Position numbers and translations under genes: made by a program. The notes beneath the pieces were generated by a model. It had not been told where the DNA came from. It did no database searches and was given only the letters and a program-made list of their open reading frames with translations. From sequence record NC_028256.1: 13,769 nt of DNA, one strand, 5' to 3'. Positions 13,660 through 13,769 of this stretch are shown piece by piece (the stretch's first letter is position 1; each line of letters opens with the position of its first letter).

Positions 13660-13725
13660 TAGGCCCATTTGGGCCTATAGGCCTTTTGGCCATGTTTGGC
13701 CACTGGTCTGTTTATCTGTTTGGGC
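13660..13725. repeat. Cluster of overlapping GGCC-centred palindromes and TTTGG(G)C repeats
   Basis: TAGGCCCA-TT-TGGGCCTA (13660-13677), GGCCTATAGGCC (13672-13683), TTTGGCCA at 13685 and 13695, TTTGGGC at 13668 and 13719. Confidence 0.7.
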
Positions 13726-13769
13726 ATTAGCTTTAAATCGGGGGCACCTCTCTAATGCGTAGAATGGGG

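Larger units (their letters stand above)
1..13769. mobile_element. Complete episomal genome of a temperate archaeal virus, most likely Aeropyrum pernix ovoid virus 1 (APOV1, Guttaviridae)
   Basis: Single attP (tRNA-Leu 3' part) inside an uninterrupted SSV-type integrase, no host housekeeping genes, B251-like ATPase, multiple wHTH and membrane/secreted proteins, GGTG/GGAGG-type SD motifs, archaeal TATA boxes. The 13,769-bp length and tRNA-Leu site match recalled APOV1 data (not searched). Confidence 0.9.

Noticed and set aside
1-13769. Avoidance of the host ApeKI site GCWGC
   Set aside because: GCTGC/GCAGC occur many times (e.g. around 11983-12003), so there is no visible avoidance; an exact count against expectation was not computed.

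Overview
This 13,769-bp window looks like the complete, excised (circular-form) genome of a temperate crenarchaeal virus. It contains one intact SSV1-type tyrosine integrase (to 13472) whose ORF carries an attP site equal to the 3' ~64 nt of a tRNA-Leu(UAA) gene. It also encodes an SSV1-B251-like P-loop ATPase, four winged-helix genes, a GH99-like glycoside hydrolase and a block of signal-peptide/membrane (virion-type) proteins. Length, tRNA-Leu target and gene content match my recollection of Aeropyrum pernix ovoid virus 1 (APOV1, Guttaviridae); I did not run a search to confirm this. About 23 plausible CDSs tile the genome, three of them too small for the ORF track (31, 57 and 35 aa). The most notable observations are: (1) the glycoside hydrolase is split from its SD-led signal peptide by a single-base frameshift in a T6 run; (2) a symmetric divergent promoter region with repeated 14-bp boxes, suggesting a lambda-like switch; (3) an AT-rich island flanked by a perfect 12-bp inverted repeat inside a tandem-wHTH gene (candidate origin); (4) a capsid-like helical module shared by two adjacent genes; (5) tandem G-quadruplex motifs; (6) a 13-bp direct repeat flanking attP. 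No CRISPR array, rRNA or intact tRNA was found.
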